From contig CALVOP010000002.1 of assembly GCA_944350345.1 (NCBI GenBank), forward strand, positions 577 through 64,576: 64,000 nucleotides of DNA, read 5' to 3'. The DNA comes from an uncultured Bacilli bacterium (GTDB taxonomy: Bacteria > Bacillota_I > Bacilli_A > RF39 > UBA660). The first letter of the stretch is position 1, and the number at the start of each line of letters is the position of its first letter. Positions 17,131-27,261 of this stretch are shown piece by piece. A program made the translations under genes and the position numbers. Under the pieces are notes generated by a model that did no database searches, was not told the DNA's origin, and was given only the letters and a program-made list of their open reading frames with translations.

Positions 17131-19023
17131 ATGGCATACGATGATAAATCGATTAAAATCTTGGAGGGTTTAGAAGCTGTTAGAAAAAGACCTGGTATGT
17201 ACATTGGTAGTACTGATAAAAGGGGTCTACATCATTTGGTGTGGGAAATTGTCGATAATGCAGTAGATGAAGTTATTAATGGATTTGGTAAAAATATTTT
17301 GGTTAAGATAAACAAAGATGGGAGTATTACAGTAAAGGATGAGGGGCGTGGCGTTCCCGCTGGTATGCATGAAAGTGGTAAAAGTACTCCTGAAGTAATT
17401 TATACTGTTTTGCATGCTGGTGGTAAGTTTGAAACTGATGGCTATAAAGTAAGTGGCGGGCTTCATGGTGTTGGAGCGAGTGTTGTAAATGCTCTTAGTG
17501 AATGGATGAAGGTTGAGATTAGGCGTGATAAGTGTATCTATGAGATTACGTTTAAAGATGGTGGTAAAGTCGATTCGCCTCTTAAAAAAATAGGTACGAC
17601 TAAAGAAACTGGTACAACTGTTACTTTTAAGCCTGATGAAACTATTTTTAAAAATTGTAATTTTAGTTATACTACTATTTGTGAGAGAATGCAGGAAAGT
17701 GCTTTTTTGATCAGTGATTTGACTATTACTGTAATCGATGAAGAAGATGAAAAGGAAAGTGTGTTTCATTATGATAATGGACTTGCTTCTTATATAGATT
17801 ATATTAATGAAGATAAAAAGGCTTTACATAAAATTATAGAAATTCATGGTGTTAAAAATAATATAGTGGTAGATGTTGCTATGCAGTATACTGATGGATA
17901 TAATGAACAAATTATTTCTTTTGTTAATAATGTTAAAACTGTAGATGGCGGTTCTCATGAAGTTGGCTTTAAAACTGCTCTTACTAAGGCTTTTAATGAT
18001 TATATTAAAAAGTATAGTTTGAGTAAAACTGGTTTAGAAGGTAGTGATACTAGAGAAGGCATTAGTGCCGTTATTAGTCTAAAAATACCTGAAGAATTGC
18101 TTCAATTTGAAGGTCAAACTAAAGGTAAATTAGGCACTCCTGTTGCTAGAACTGTAGTTGAAAGTATTGTGTATGAAAAGTTGTCTTATTTTTTAGAAGA
18201 AAATAAGGAAACTGCAGGTGTTATAATGGCTAAGTCACTCAAGAGTAAACTTGCAAGGGAAGCCGCTCGTAAAGCTCGTGAAGAAGCTAGAAATGGTAAG
18301 GGTAGAAAAGAGAAAGAAAAGGTTTTACTTGGTAAGTTAACTCCAGCACAGAGTAAAGATGCTAAAAAGAATGAGTTGTTTTTGGTCGAAGGTAATTCTG
18401 CTGGTGGTACTGCTAAAAGTGGCCGCGATAAGAACTTTCAAGCTATTATGCCTTTAAGGGGTAAAGTTATTAATGCTGAGAAAGCTAGTACTAATGATTT
18501 GTTTAAAAATGAAGAGATTAATATGATAATCCATGCGATTGGTGCGGGTGTTGGCAGTGATTGTGACCCTAGTAGATCTAATTATAATAAGATAATTATT
18601 ATGAGTGATGCTGATGTGGATGGATCTCATATTCAAACTTTGCTTTTAACTTTCTTTTATAGACATATGAGACCGCTTATAGAAAATGGAATGATATTTA
18701 TTGCTGTTCCACCTCTTTATTTAGTTAAATATGGTAAGGAAAAGAGATATTTGATGAGTAATGAAGAGTTGAATGAGTTTAGGGAAAGTTATAAGGGTAA
18801 GTTTACTATTCAAAGGTATAAAGGATTGGGGGAGATGAATCCTGATCAGTTATGGGAAACCACAATGGACCCAGAAAATAGAAGTTTGATAAGGGTTAAT
18901 ATTTCTGATTTGGCTCTTGCAGAAAAGAGGGTTAATGTTCTTATGGGTGATAAAGTTGAACCTAGAAAAGAATGGATTAATGAGAATGTTGAATTTACTT
19001 TGGAAGATGATTATAGGAGTTAA
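17131..19023 (+). CDS. parE: DNA topoisomerase IV subunit B (ParE)
   Basis: 630 aa. It aligns along its whole length to B. subtilis ParE (ILEGLEAVRKRPGMYIGSTD.RGLHHLV.EIVDN...; C-terminal MGDKVEPRKEWI.ENV.F). It lacks the GyrB-specific insertion, and the partner gene is ParC-like. Confidence 0.85.
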   Translation: MAYDDKSIKILEGLEAVRKRPGMYIGSTDKRGLHHLVWEIVDNAVDEVINGFGKNILVKINKDGSITVKDEGRGVPAGMHESGKSTPEVIYTVLHAGGKFETDGYKVSGGLHGVGASVVNALSEWMKVEIRRDKCIYEITFKDGGKVDSPLKKIGTTKETGTTVTFKPDETIFKNCNFSYTTICERMQESAFLISDLTITVIDEEDEKESVFHYDNGLASYIDYINEDKKALHKIIEIHGVKNNIVVDVAMQYTDGYNEQIISFVNNVKTVDGGSHEVGFKTALTKAFNDYIKKYSLSKTGLEGSDTREGISAVISLKIPEELLQFEGQTKGKLGTPVARTVVESIVYEKLSYFLEENKETAGVIMAKSLKSKLAREAARKAREEARNGKGRKEKEKVLLGKLTPAQSKDAKKNELFLVEGNSAGGTAKSGRDKNFQAIMPLRGKVINAEKASTNDLFKNEEINMIIHAIGAGVGSDCDPSRSNYNKIIIMSDADVDGSHIQTLLLTFFYRHMRPLIENGMIFIAVPPLYLVKYGKEKRYLMSNEELNEFRESYKGKFTIQRYKGLGEMNPDQLWETTMDPENRSLIRVNISDLALAEKRVNVLMGDKVEPRKEWINENVEFTLEDDYRS

Positions 19024-19026
19024 TAT

Positions 19027-21534
19027 ATGAAGAATGATACTAATGAAGCGTTAAAAAGAATATATGACTTTGCACTTGAAGATATTATGGGGGATTGTTT
19101 TGGTAAATATGCTAAAGAGATAATTCAAGAACGTGCAATACCGGACGTTAGGGATGGATTAAAGCCTGTTCAAAGGAGAATTCTTTATGCGATGTATTTA
19201 GCTAATAATACTTGGGAAAAACCTTATGTTAAATGTGCGGCTACTGTTGGAGATGTGTTAGGTAAGTTTCACCCTCATGGAGATTCTTCTGTTTATGAAG
19301 CTATGGTTAGGATGAGTCAGTGGTGGAAACAAACTGCTCCTTTGATAAGTATTCATGGTAATAATGGTTCTTTAGATGGAGATCCTGCTGCCGCTTATCG
19401 TTATACTGAAGCTAGACTTTCTAAAATTAGTGAAGAACTTTTAAATGATTTGGATAAGGAAACTGTTTCTTGGGCACCTAACTTTGATGACCGTTTTCTT
19501 GAACCTACTGTTTTACCTGCAAATTTACCCAACTTACTTATAAATGGGACTACTGGTATAAGTGCTGGTTATGCTACTGATATTCCACCTCATAATATTG
19601 GTGAGATAATTGATGCAACTATTAAGAGAATTGATTCGCCTAATTGTAGACTTGATAGTATTCTTGAAATAGTTAAAGGTCCTGATTTTCCTACTGGTGG
19701 AATTGTAGAAGGTAAAGATGGTATAGTAGAAGCTTATAAAACTGGTAAAGGTAAAATTATCGTTAAAAGTAAGTATGAGTTTGTTAAGGAAAAGGGTAAA
19801 GAAAAAATAGTTATTACTGAAATACCTTTTGATACTTTAAAATCTAATATTATTAAGAGAATTGATGAATTTAGGATTGAAAAACGTTTGGATGGTATTA
19901 GTGAAGTAAGGGACGAGTCTGATAAGAATGATAATGTTAGAATTGTTATTGATTTAAAAAATGGTGCTGATAAAGATTTAATTATTAATTTTTTGCTTAA
20001 AAATAGTGACTTGCAAATTAATTATAATTTTAATATGGTTGCTATTGTTAATAAAAGACCTAAACAATTAGGAATTGTCGAGATAATTGATGCTTTTATC
20101 GCACATAGAAAAGAAGTTGTGACTAAAAGGTGTGAATTTGAACTTAAGAATAAAGAAGCTAGAAAACATATTGTCGAAGGTTTTATAAAAGCATTAGATA
20201 TTTTGGATGAAGTAATTAAAGTTATTAGAAAAAGTAAGAATAAGGCTGATGCTATTGTTAATTTAGTTAAAGAGTTTGATTTTACTAATTTGCAAGCTGA
20301 AGCTATTGTTATGATGCAATTATATAAGTTAACTAATACTGATGTTAATATTTTAAAAGAGGAGTTTTCTAAACTTGTTCAAGAAATTGCTTATTTGAGA
20401 AGTGTTTTGGATAATGAGGATAATTTGAAAAAATTAATTAAAGATGAACTTAGAGAAGTTAAAAAGAATTTTAATGTTCCAAGGAAAACTGTTATTAAAG
20501 ATGAGATTACTGAAATAGTGATTGATGAACTTGCTATGATTGATAGAAGTGATTTTGTTGTTATTATTAGTAAAAATGGTTATATTAAAAAAGTTAGTGT
20601 TAAATCTTATAATTCAACTGATGAGTTAAATCTTAGAGAAGAAGATTATGTTGAAAATATATATAAGATTAATAATTTGGATACTTTGCTTTTATTTACT
20701 AATTTAGGTAATTATCTTTATGTTCCTGTTAGGGATATTCCTGAAAGTAAGAATAAGGATTTGAAAGATCATATAAGCAGTTTTGTAAGTATTAGTGATG
20801 GTGAAAAGATTGTTAGAAGTTACGGTGTTAGGGATTTTGATGATTCTGTACTTACTTTGATAACTAAAAATGGTGTTATTAAGAATACTTTACTTAAGAG
20901 TTATAAAGTAACTAGGTATTCTAGACCTTTATCTGCAATTAGTTTGAAAAGTGGAGACGAACTTGTTAATGTATCTGTTAAAGATGGTAGTGAATACATT
21001 ATTGTTACTAAACGCGGTATGTGTTTGAAGTTTAATTCTAGTGAAATACCTGTTTTGGGCTTGAAAGCTAGTGGTGTAAAGGGAATTAATCTTAATGATG
21101 GTGATTATGTAATAAATGGTCAAAATATTTATGATGATGAACATTTAGCTATTTTTACTGATAATAAGACTGCTAAAAGGGTTAAATTAAGTGATATTCA
21201 AAAGTTTACACGTGCTAAAAAAGGAACTTCTATTATTAAAAGTCCTAAGTCTAAAACTTATCTTGTTATGAATGCTTATTTATCTAATAGTAAAACTGTA
21301 TTTGGTTTATTAAATGGTAATATTGAAAATATTAAAGCAAGTGAAATTAGTATTATGGATAAGTTTAGTACTGGAAGTAATATTACTAAAAAAAGTGTTT
21401 CTGAAACGTTTGTGGTTAATAAATTAAAAGATATTACTAAAAGGGATGTTAAAGATAAAATTGAGAGTGAAGAAAGGGAAAAGATTATTGAACCTTTAAC
21501 TATGAGTGATTTCTTTGATGAATTTAAAATATAG
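19027..21534 (+). CDS. parC: DNA topoisomerase IV subunit A (ParC)
   Basis: IQERAIPDVRDGLKPVQRRILYAMY is a ParC-type motif (Q rather than the H of GyrA). The GKFHPHGDSSVYEAMVRMSQ block matches the ParC consensus. Confidence 0.85.
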   Translation: MKNDTNEALKRIYDFALEDIMGDCFGKYAKEIIQERAIPDVRDGLKPVQRRILYAMYLANNTWEKPYVKCAATVGDVLGKFHPHGDSSVYEAMVRMSQWWKQTAPLISIHGNNGSLDGDPAAAYRYTEARLSKISEELLNDLDKETVSWAPNFDDRFLEPTVLPANLPNLLINGTTGISAGYATDIPPHNIGEIIDATIKRIDSPNCRLDSILEIVKGPDFPTGGIVEGKDGIVEAYKTGKGKIIVKSKYEFVKEKGKEKIVITEIPFDTLKSNIIKRIDEFRIEKRLDGISEVRDESDKNDNVRIVIDLKNGADKDLIINFLLKNSDLQINYNFNMVAIVNKRPKQLGIVEIIDAFIAHRKEVVTKRCEFELKNKEARKHIVEGFIKALDILDEVIKVIRKSKNKADAIVNLVKEFDFTNLQAEAIVMMQLYKLTNTDVNILKEEFSKLVQEIAYLRSVLDNEDNLKKLIKDELREVKKNFNVPRKTVIKDEITEIVIDELAMIDRSDFVVIISKNGYIKKVSVKSYNSTDELNLREEDYVENIYKINNLDTLLLFTNLGNYLYVPVRDIPESKNKDLKDHISSFVSISDGEKIVRSYGVRDFDDSVLTLITKNGVIKNTLLKSYKVTRYSRPLSAISLKSGDELVNVSVKDGSEYIIVTKRGMCLKFNSSEIPVLGLKASGVKGINLNDGDYVINGQNIYDDEHLAIFTDNKTAKRVKLSDIQKFTRAKKGTSIIKSPKSKTYLVMNAYLSNSKTVFGLLNGNIENIKASEISIMDKFSTGSNITKKSVSETFVVNKLKDITKRDVKDKIESEEREKIIEPLTMSDFFDEFKI

Positions 21535-21578
21535 TCTTTTTGATAATCGCCTACATAAAATATAGTAGGTGATTTTTT

Positions 21579-21956
21579 ATGACAAAAAAGGAAGAATTTA
21601 AAGAATTTGTTAAATTAAATCCAGAATTTGCATATAGTGTTAAAAATGGTAAAACTTCTTGGCAAGAATTGTATCAAATTTATGATTTGTATGGATCGCA
21701 GTCAGAGTTATTTAATCAGTATAGAAAAACTAAATTATCTGATAGTATTGCTAATAACTTAGGTGTTAAAGATATTGTTAATGGTCTTAAAAATATTAAT
21801 ATAGATGTGTTACAGGAAAATTTAAATGGGCTGGGTAAAGCTGTTAGCTTTATTGAAGAGTTAACAAATACTTTTAAAAAAGATGAGAATAAAACTGAAA
21901 GTGAAACTAAGAAGAAGGGTAAGGTTGAACCTATTAATAGGTTCTTTGATGATTAA
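21579..21956 (+). CDS. YlbD-like putative spore coat protein
   Basis: EEFKEFVKLNPEFAYSVKNGKTSWQELYQIYDLYG matches the YlbD_coat N-terminal pattern (EFKEFVK.HPKLI.EVR.G..SWQE.YE.WYLLGE). Confidence 0.6.
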   Translation: MTKKEEFKEFVKLNPEFAYSVKNGKTSWQELYQIYDLYGSQSELFNQYRKTKLSDSIANNLGVKDIVNGLKNINIDVLQENLNGLGKAVSFIEELTNTFKKDENKTESETKKKGKVEPINRFFDD

Positions 21957-22183
21957 TGAAAAAGTATGCTTATGATAAAATATATGTTGATAAATTCGCT
22001 ATTAAGTATTTGAGGGAAAATAGTAATTGGTATAAACTTCTTAATAGGGATGCAAATAGTGTTGATAAGATGATTGAACAGATGAAAGAGAAGTATGGGC
22101 TTAGGTTTAAAGATAAAGTTGAAAAAGCTAAAACTAGTTTGGATTTGATTAATGCTTTTATGGCTGTTACTAAGGATAACTAA
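21956..22183 (+). CDS. YlbE-like small protein
   Basis: 75 aa. NSNWYKLLNRDANSVDKMIEQMKEKYG resembles the YlbE family. The ylbD-ylbE adjacency is as in B. subtilis. Confidence 0.5.
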   Translation: MKKYAYDKIYVDKFAIKYLRENSNWYKLLNRDANSVDKMIEQMKEKYGLRFKDKVEKAKTSLDLINAFMAVTKDN

Positions 22184-22229
22184 TTATTGCTTGTAGTTTT
22201 AACGGGTGGTATAATTTACCTAGGATGGT

Positions 22230-23327
22230 GTGTTTATGAAAGGTGTTTATATTCATATTCCATTTTGTAAAAGTATTTGTTCTTATTGTGATTTTTGCAA
22301 GTTTTTATATGTTTCTTCTTGGGCAAGTGAATATTTAAAAAAACTTGAAGAAGAAATTAGAGAAAATTATGATAATGATTTAGTTAAAACAATTTATATT
22401 GGTGGGGGTACACCATCTAGTTTAGGTAAAGAGGAACTAAAGACTTTGTTTGATATTATGCGCATTTTTAAAAAAGATAGGAATTATGAGATGACTTTTG
22501 AAGTTAATGTTGATGATGTTACTGAAGAACTTCTTTCGTTTTTAGTTGATAATGGTGTTAATCGTATAAGTGTTGGAATACAAAGTTTTAATGAGATTTG
22601 TTTGAAATTTATGAATAGGAAACATTATAAAAAGGAGATTAAAGAGAAAATTAAACTTGTTAAGAAGTATTTTGATAATATTAATGTTGATTTTATGTTT
22701 GCTCTTCCTATTGAAAATTATGCTATGTTTTTAAGCGATTTGCATGAGTTTATTAAATTAGATGTTCCTCATATTAGTACTTATTCTTTGATTATTGAAG
22801 ATAATACTGTGCTTAGTTATAAAAATGTAACTCCTATTAGAGAAGAACTTGATTATAAGATGTATAAAAAAATTTGTTCTTCTTTAAAGAAAAAAGGCTA
22901 TAGGCATTATGAAGTTAGTAATTTTGCTAAGCCTGGTTATGAAAGCGTGCATAATTTGAATTATTGGAATAATAGTGAGTATTATGGCTTTGGTGTAGGC
23001 GCGCATGGTTATATTTCTGAACTTAGATATGAAAATACTAGAAGTTTTAATGATTATTTGGCGGGTAATTATAGGTTAAAGGAATTTCTTATTTCTAAAA
23101 GGGAGGATATGGAAAATGAAGTTATTTTGGGGCTTAGAAAGTTAAATGGTATTAATATAAAAGAGTTTTTTGATAAGTTTAAGGTTAATATTCAAGATGA
23201 GTTTAATGTAATGGGTTTGATTAAACGTGGTTATTTGGTATTGGAAAATGATTGTTTGAAAATAAAAGAGGATAAAATATATATTATGAATGAGATTTTG
23301 AACCAGATATTGGATAAAGGAGAATAG
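22230..23327 (+). CDS. hemW: Radical SAM heme chaperone HemW (HemN-like, oxygen-independent coproporphyrinogen oxidase family)
   Basis: It has the CxxxCxxC radical-SAM motif (CKSICSYCDFC), and its length and C-terminal HemN_C region fit. Confidence 0.85.
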   Translation: MFMKGVYIHIPFCKSICSYCDFCKFLYVSSWASEYLKKLEEEIRENYDNDLVKTIYIGGGTPSSLGKEELKTLFDIMRIFKKDRNYEMTFEVNVDDVTEELLSFLVDNGVNRISVGIQSFNEICLKFMNRKHYKKEIKEKIKLVKKYFDNINVDFMFALPIENYAMFLSDLHEFIKLDVPHISTYSLIIEDNTVLSYKNVTPIREELDYKMYKKICSSLKKKGYRHYEVSNFAKPGYESVHNLNYWNNSEYYGFGVGAHGYISELRYENTRSFNDYLAGNYRLKEFLISKREDMENEVILGLRKLNGINIKEFFDKFKVNIQDEFNVMGLIKRGYLVLENDCLKIKEDKIYIMNEILNQILDKGE

Positions 23328-23328
23328 T

Positions 23329-24273
23329 ATGAGTAAAAAGAAAAAGATTATGTTGATAGTTGTGGTTGTTGTACTTTTGGGAATATTTGCATTAGCTCTT
23401 TATATTAATAGAGAAAAATTGGTAGTTGTTGCTGATGTGACGCATACTACTGAGGACGTTTACTTAGATTATTTGTTTGATGAAGTTAGTGAAGTTGAAG
23501 GGATAGCTGTTGATAATGTAAACTTCGATGGTCTTACTTTTAATGAGAGAATTAATTATGCTATTGATAAAGTAAAAGCAAGTTTGATCGTGGCTTATGC
23601 TTCTAGTAAAGAGATGAAAATGTTTGCAGAAAATTATAAAGATGTTATATTTATAACTTTGGGTGCTACTTATGAAGATGAGTTAGATAATTTAGTTGGT
23701 GTTAAATATGATATGTATAATGCTGGGTATTTACTTGGATATCTTGCAGGAAGTTCTACTTTAACTAATAATTTAGGTATTATTGGAACTGATGAAGAAA
23801 CTAATAGTGAACTTATAAGTGGTTTTAGTGATGGGGCACTTCAAGCTAATGATAGTGTTATTATTACTGTCGATTATATGGGTAAAGAAACTTATAATAA
23901 TGGTTATTATCAAAATAAAAGTGAAGATGTGGAAGATACAGAATTAGCGCGTAGTAAAGCATATTCTATGTATAGTAATGGAATTGATATTATTCTTGAT
24001 TTAGCTAATAATAGTAGTGAGGGAATTATTAAAAGTGCAGAAGAAAATGATAAGTATGTTATAAGTGACTGTATGAATAAATCTGATAATATTCTAGCGT
24101 GTTTTGAAAGAGACATAACGTATGGTTTAAATTTAATTGTGAAAGATTATAATAATAAAAATTTGAAGAATAATTATAACTTTGATATAAATAATGGTGT
24201 GAATATAACGATTAATGATAAAATCAGCGATGAAGTAAAAGATAAGATTCAAGAGTTAGAAAGTGAAATGTAA
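23329..24273 (+). CDS. BMP-family (Med/PnrA-like) membrane-anchored substrate-binding lipoprotein
   Basis: N-terminal TM/signal segment. YDMYNAGYLLGYLAG and ISGFSDGA blocks match the BMP family consensus. Confidence 0.6.
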   Translation: MSKKKKIMLIVVVVVLLGIFALALYINREKLVVVADVTHTTEDVYLDYLFDEVSEVEGIAVDNVNFDGLTFNERINYAIDKVKASLIVAYASSKEMKMFAENYKDVIFITLGATYEDELDNLVGVKYDMYNAGYLLGYLAGSSTLTNNLGIIGTDEETNSELISGFSDGALQANDSVIITVDYMGKETYNNGYYQNKSEDVEDTELARSKAYSMYSNGIDIILDLANNSSEGIIKSAEENDKYVISDCMNKSDNILACFERDITYGLNLIVKDYNNKNLKNNYNFDINNGVNITINDKISDEVKDKIQELESEM

Positions 24274-24338
24274 AAACTTACAAATTGTAAGTTTTTTAAA
24301 TGCATAAAAAAATTCGCATTTGCGAATAAATATTTTAA

Positions 24339-24429
24339 TGGCGGAGTAGAGAGGATTTGAACCTCCGCGCCAGTTTCCCGACCTACACCCTTAGCAGGGG
24401 CGCCTCTTCAGCCTCTTGAGTACTACTCC
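24339..24429 (-). tRNA. tRNA-Ser (anticodon GCU), long variable arm, with its own terminator hairpin at 24305-24330
   Basis: Acceptor stem GGAGTAG/CTACTCC+G, anticodon stem CGCCC/GGGTG, loop CUGCUAA, long extra arm, GGTTCAAATCC T-arm, and CCA is encoded. Downstream on the minus strand there is a TTCGCAAATGCGAA hairpin followed by a T-run. Confidence 0.85.
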
Positions 24430-24568
24430 ATTGCTAATAAAAATGATATACTATTTTTTATTATTTGTCAAATTATCTTTGATATTCTTTTAAATGTCAA
24501 ATATGTAAAGAAATATTTGATTATAATTTTTATATTTGGTAAAATTAGATTAAAGATAGGTGGTAGAA

Positions 24569-25231
24569 ATGGGAGAAAAAGATGAATTTTATGAGTTCAT
24601 GAAGAAATTAGCTCGTGAAAAGGAATTAAGACAAAAAGACAGAGAATTTATTGAATCGGCAAGTAGGCCTAAAAAAACAAGACATTTTGATGAACAAGAA
24701 GAAATTGTTAGAAGGAAAAGGAGAGGCAATAAGACATATAAGGTTAAAAGTAAAGCGCTTATGTTCTTATTGGTATTAGGTTTTGTGACTGGTGTTGGAG
24801 CAAAAGCTACTTATGATGCAGTTGCGCCTATTGTAAAGGCATATGTTCAAAATCAAGCAGACAGTATTAGTTTGTCGGGTTGGCAGGAAAATTTTAGTAC
24901 TTCTAAAGCCGGATATTTTTTAGATATGGAAGTTAAAAGAGAACATAATAGTATATTTAATGATGGCCCTGTGCCTTTTGATTATGATGATCCAGAAAAC
25001 CTATCTGTTACAGCAGATGGTGAGAAAGTTGGAGCAATAGTTGACTATTTTGATGCTTTTGATAGATATTTGGAATCTTCTACTGGAACAGGTTATTATG
25101 AAACAAAATATGAACAGATGCAAAGATTGGTTTCTATTGGAAAAGATCCTGATAGTATTGATTGTATTTATTCTTATGATGAATTGAGTGAAATGTTTTC
25201 AAATGATAAAGGTTTGGGTGTTAAACAATGA
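24569..25231 (+). CDS. Hypothetical bitopic membrane protein (basic cytoplasmic N-terminus, one TM, extracellular domain of about 140 aa). The ORF track starts at 24560 with GTG, but ATG 24569 has better RBS spacing.
   Basis: Topology is inferred from a charged N-terminus followed by the hydrophobic stretch ALMFLLVLGFVTGVGA. There is no family match. Confidence 0.45.
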   Translation: MGEKDEFYEFMKKLAREKELRQKDREFIESASRPKKTRHFDEQEEIVRRKRRGNKTYKVKSKALMFLLVLGFVTGVGAKATYDAVAPIVKAYVQNQADSISLSGWQENFSTSKAGYFLDMEVKREHNSIFNDGPVPFDYDDPENLSVTADGEKVGAIVDYFDAFDRYLESSTGTGYYETKYEQMQRLVSIGKDPDSIDCIYSYDELSEMFSNDKGLGVKQ

Positions 25232-25461
25232 AAGAATTTGATGAAATAATTGAATTAGATGGAGAAGATTATTTAGTAGTTGATAGAATTATCTATGAAG
25301 GAAAAAATTATATTTATGTTAATTCTTTAGTTAATGAAGATGATATTTCAATTTTAGAAGAATATGAAAAAGATGGTAAAAAAGTTGTTAAAAGTATACC
25401 TGATGAAAAATATAACTTAATTTTTAATGTTTTTGCTAAAAATATAGTAAGTGATAACTAA
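25228..25461 (+). CDS. Hypothetical small soluble protein, translationally coupled (ATGA overlap)
   Basis: 77 aa ORF with host-like codon usage. Confidence 0.4.
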   Translation: MKEFDEIIELDGEDYLVVDRIIYEGKNYIYVNSLVNEDDISILEEYEKDGKKVVKSIPDEKYNLIFNVFAKNIVSDN

Positions 25462-25515
25462 TTGATTTTTGTCTTTGTTAATGTTATTATGTTAACATAA
25501 ATAGGAGAATGTAAA

Positions 25516-26043
25516 ATGGGTAAGGTTTTTACGACAAAAAAAGGTTTTACTTTAGTAGAAATTATTATAGTTATAGCATTATTAGCGGTTTTAATTGTAA
25601 TTGCCATTCCTAATATTATTAAAGTTTATAACAATGCAAAATTAAATGCATTTTTGGATGAAGCCAAAGCAATTTATAAAAACATTGAAACTAGTTATAA
25701 TAGTGACTTTATGGAAGAGACTATTAAAGTAGATAGATATTGTGATAGTAGTGAAAGTTATATAAGAAAACTAAGATTAAAAAAGCCAGATGATATTTCT
25801 TATGATATAGAATTATCAGATAATGGAATTATCACAAAGTTCTATGTTGTAAATGATTCTTATCAGTTGCTACTTGGTGGTTCAAACGTTAAAATTAGTG
25901 ATATTATAGCTGAAAATGTGCAGGAATTAGAAAATTTTGAATATGATTGCCACGGTGTTTATGGAGTTTATTGTAATATTGAACGGCTTCCGTGTATAGT
26001 TGTGCCTTCATTTAATTATAGTGTGATTGATAGCAATTTATAG
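25516..26043 (+). CDS. Type IV pilin-like / pseudopilin protein (class III prepilin signal, KKG|FTLVE)
   Basis: MGKVFTTKKGFTLVEIIIVIALLAVL has G at -1, F at +1 and E at +5, followed by a hydrophobic helix. The C-terminus has 3 Cys (a D-region-like disulfide). Confidence 0.7.
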   Translation: MGKVFTTKKGFTLVEIIIVIALLAVLIVIAIPNIIKVYNNAKLNAFLDEAKAIYKNIETSYNSDFMEETIKVDRYCDSSESYIRKLRLKKPDDISYDIELSDNGIITKFYVVNDSYQLLLGGSNVKISDIIAENVQELENFEYDCHGVYGVYCNIERLPCIVVPSFNYSVIDSNL

Positions 26044-26054
26044 AAAGGATTTTT

Positions 26055-26456
26055 ATGAAAAAGGGTTTTACTTTGTTGGAATTACTGGCAGTTATAATTT
26101 TAATTGGTTTTTTGTTGACTATAGTTGTGCCTTCTACAATCAAAATTTTGGATAGTAGTATAGTAAATACCATGAAAATTCAAGAAGAAGAAGTTGAAAA
26201 TGCTGCTAAAATTTATTTGGAAGATTATTGTAAAACTCCTATTGATAGTACTAAAATTTGTACTTTAAACAAATCTGTTACTAATGGTATAGTATATTAT
26301 AATGGTGAAGTTAATTTAAATATATTAATTAATAATAATTATATTGAACGAGTATCGATTAGGAATGTAAATTGTGAAGGCCGAGTTATTATTACTAATA
26401 GCGAGCCTAAAGCATATTTGAAATGTGGGGATATATATACTACAGATGGATATTAA
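26055..26456 (+). CDS. Type IV pilin-like / pseudopilin protein (MKKG|FTLLELLAVIILIGF)
   Basis: It has a canonical prepilin peptidase motif and N-terminal helix. The C-terminus has the ...NCEG...KCGDIY Cys pair. Confidence 0.75.
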   Translation: MKKGFTLLELLAVIILIGFLLTIVVPSTIKILDSSIVNTMKIQEEEVENAAKIYLEDYCKTPIDSTKICTLNKSVTNGIVYYNGEVNLNILINNNYIERVSIRNVNCEGRVIITNSEPKAYLKCGDIYTTDGY

Positions 26457-26808
26457 GTATTAAAGCTAATAGTCTAGTTAGTTAAATAGTAAAATTAAAT
26501 TTTATAGTAACTACTGAAATTGCAAGAGAAATTGGAATGTTTTCTCTTGTTTTTGTATGCTTTTTAAAAATAAAATTTTTTGAAAATTTGAAAAACATTT
26601 TTTATTAAATAGTGTATATGGTGTTTACTAATTTAAATTATTGTGTTGTACAACAATAATATTACTTATTTTATATCAATATTTTTTGTTATATAAAAAG
26701 TATATATTTATTATTGTATTTAATTTTTTTTAGTTAACATGTTATTTATATTTTATTGATTATGACTTATATTTTTGATATAATTTTAATGTTAATGGAG
26801 GCGTGGTT

Positions 26809-27261
26809 ATGAATAAACATGGTTGGGGATTAGCTAGTGAACTTTTATTTATTTTAATTTTTGTTATTTGTTTGATTATTGCTGTGCTTGGACTTAGACA
26901 GTTATCTTTGCTAGAGGAATTTAATCCTAATTACCATAGTAATACTGATACTAATAATGATGCCATTCAAAAAGAGTTTAATTATCAAGAACTTGAAGTT
27001 AGACTAAAAAATAGTACTATAGATTATGTTAAAGATGTTTATAATAATGAACTTGGTTTAGATACTTTGATTATTAAGGCTTCGTTATTACGTGAAAAAG
27101 GGTACTTGAATAATTATAGTGATGAAGATGATAAATATTGTTCTGGTTATTGCGAAGTTTATTTAAATGAAAATGAAGAAATTATTTATGAACCATATGT
27201 TAAATGTGGAGACTTTTATGAAAGTAAAGGTTATGTGGAGAGAAAGGATACCAATGAATAA
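26809..27261 (+). CDS. Pilin-like / minor-pilin-like membrane protein (non-canonical leader MNKHGWGLASELLF)
   Basis: It has an N-terminal hydrophobic helix and a C-terminal CSGYC...KCGDFY block shared with the neighbouring pilin-like ORFs. The start is ATG 26809 after GGAGG (the ORF-track GTG at 26803 lies inside the RBS). Confidence 0.5.
   Translation: MNKHGWGLASELLFILIFVICLIIAVLGLRQLSLLEEFNPNYHSNTDTNNDAIQKEFNYQELEVRLKNSTIDYVKDVYNNELGLDTLIIKASLLREKGYLNNYSDEDDKYCSGYCEVYLNENEEIIYEPYVKCGDFYESKGYVERKDTNE

Noticed and set aside
17131-21534. Annotation of this gene pair as gyrB/gyrA
   Set aside because: Subunit A has the ParC-type QRRILY motif and the IQERAIPDVRDGLKPVQRR block rather than the GyrA VHRR motif. 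Subunit B is 630 aa, aligns to ParE end-to-end and lacks the GyrB insertion.
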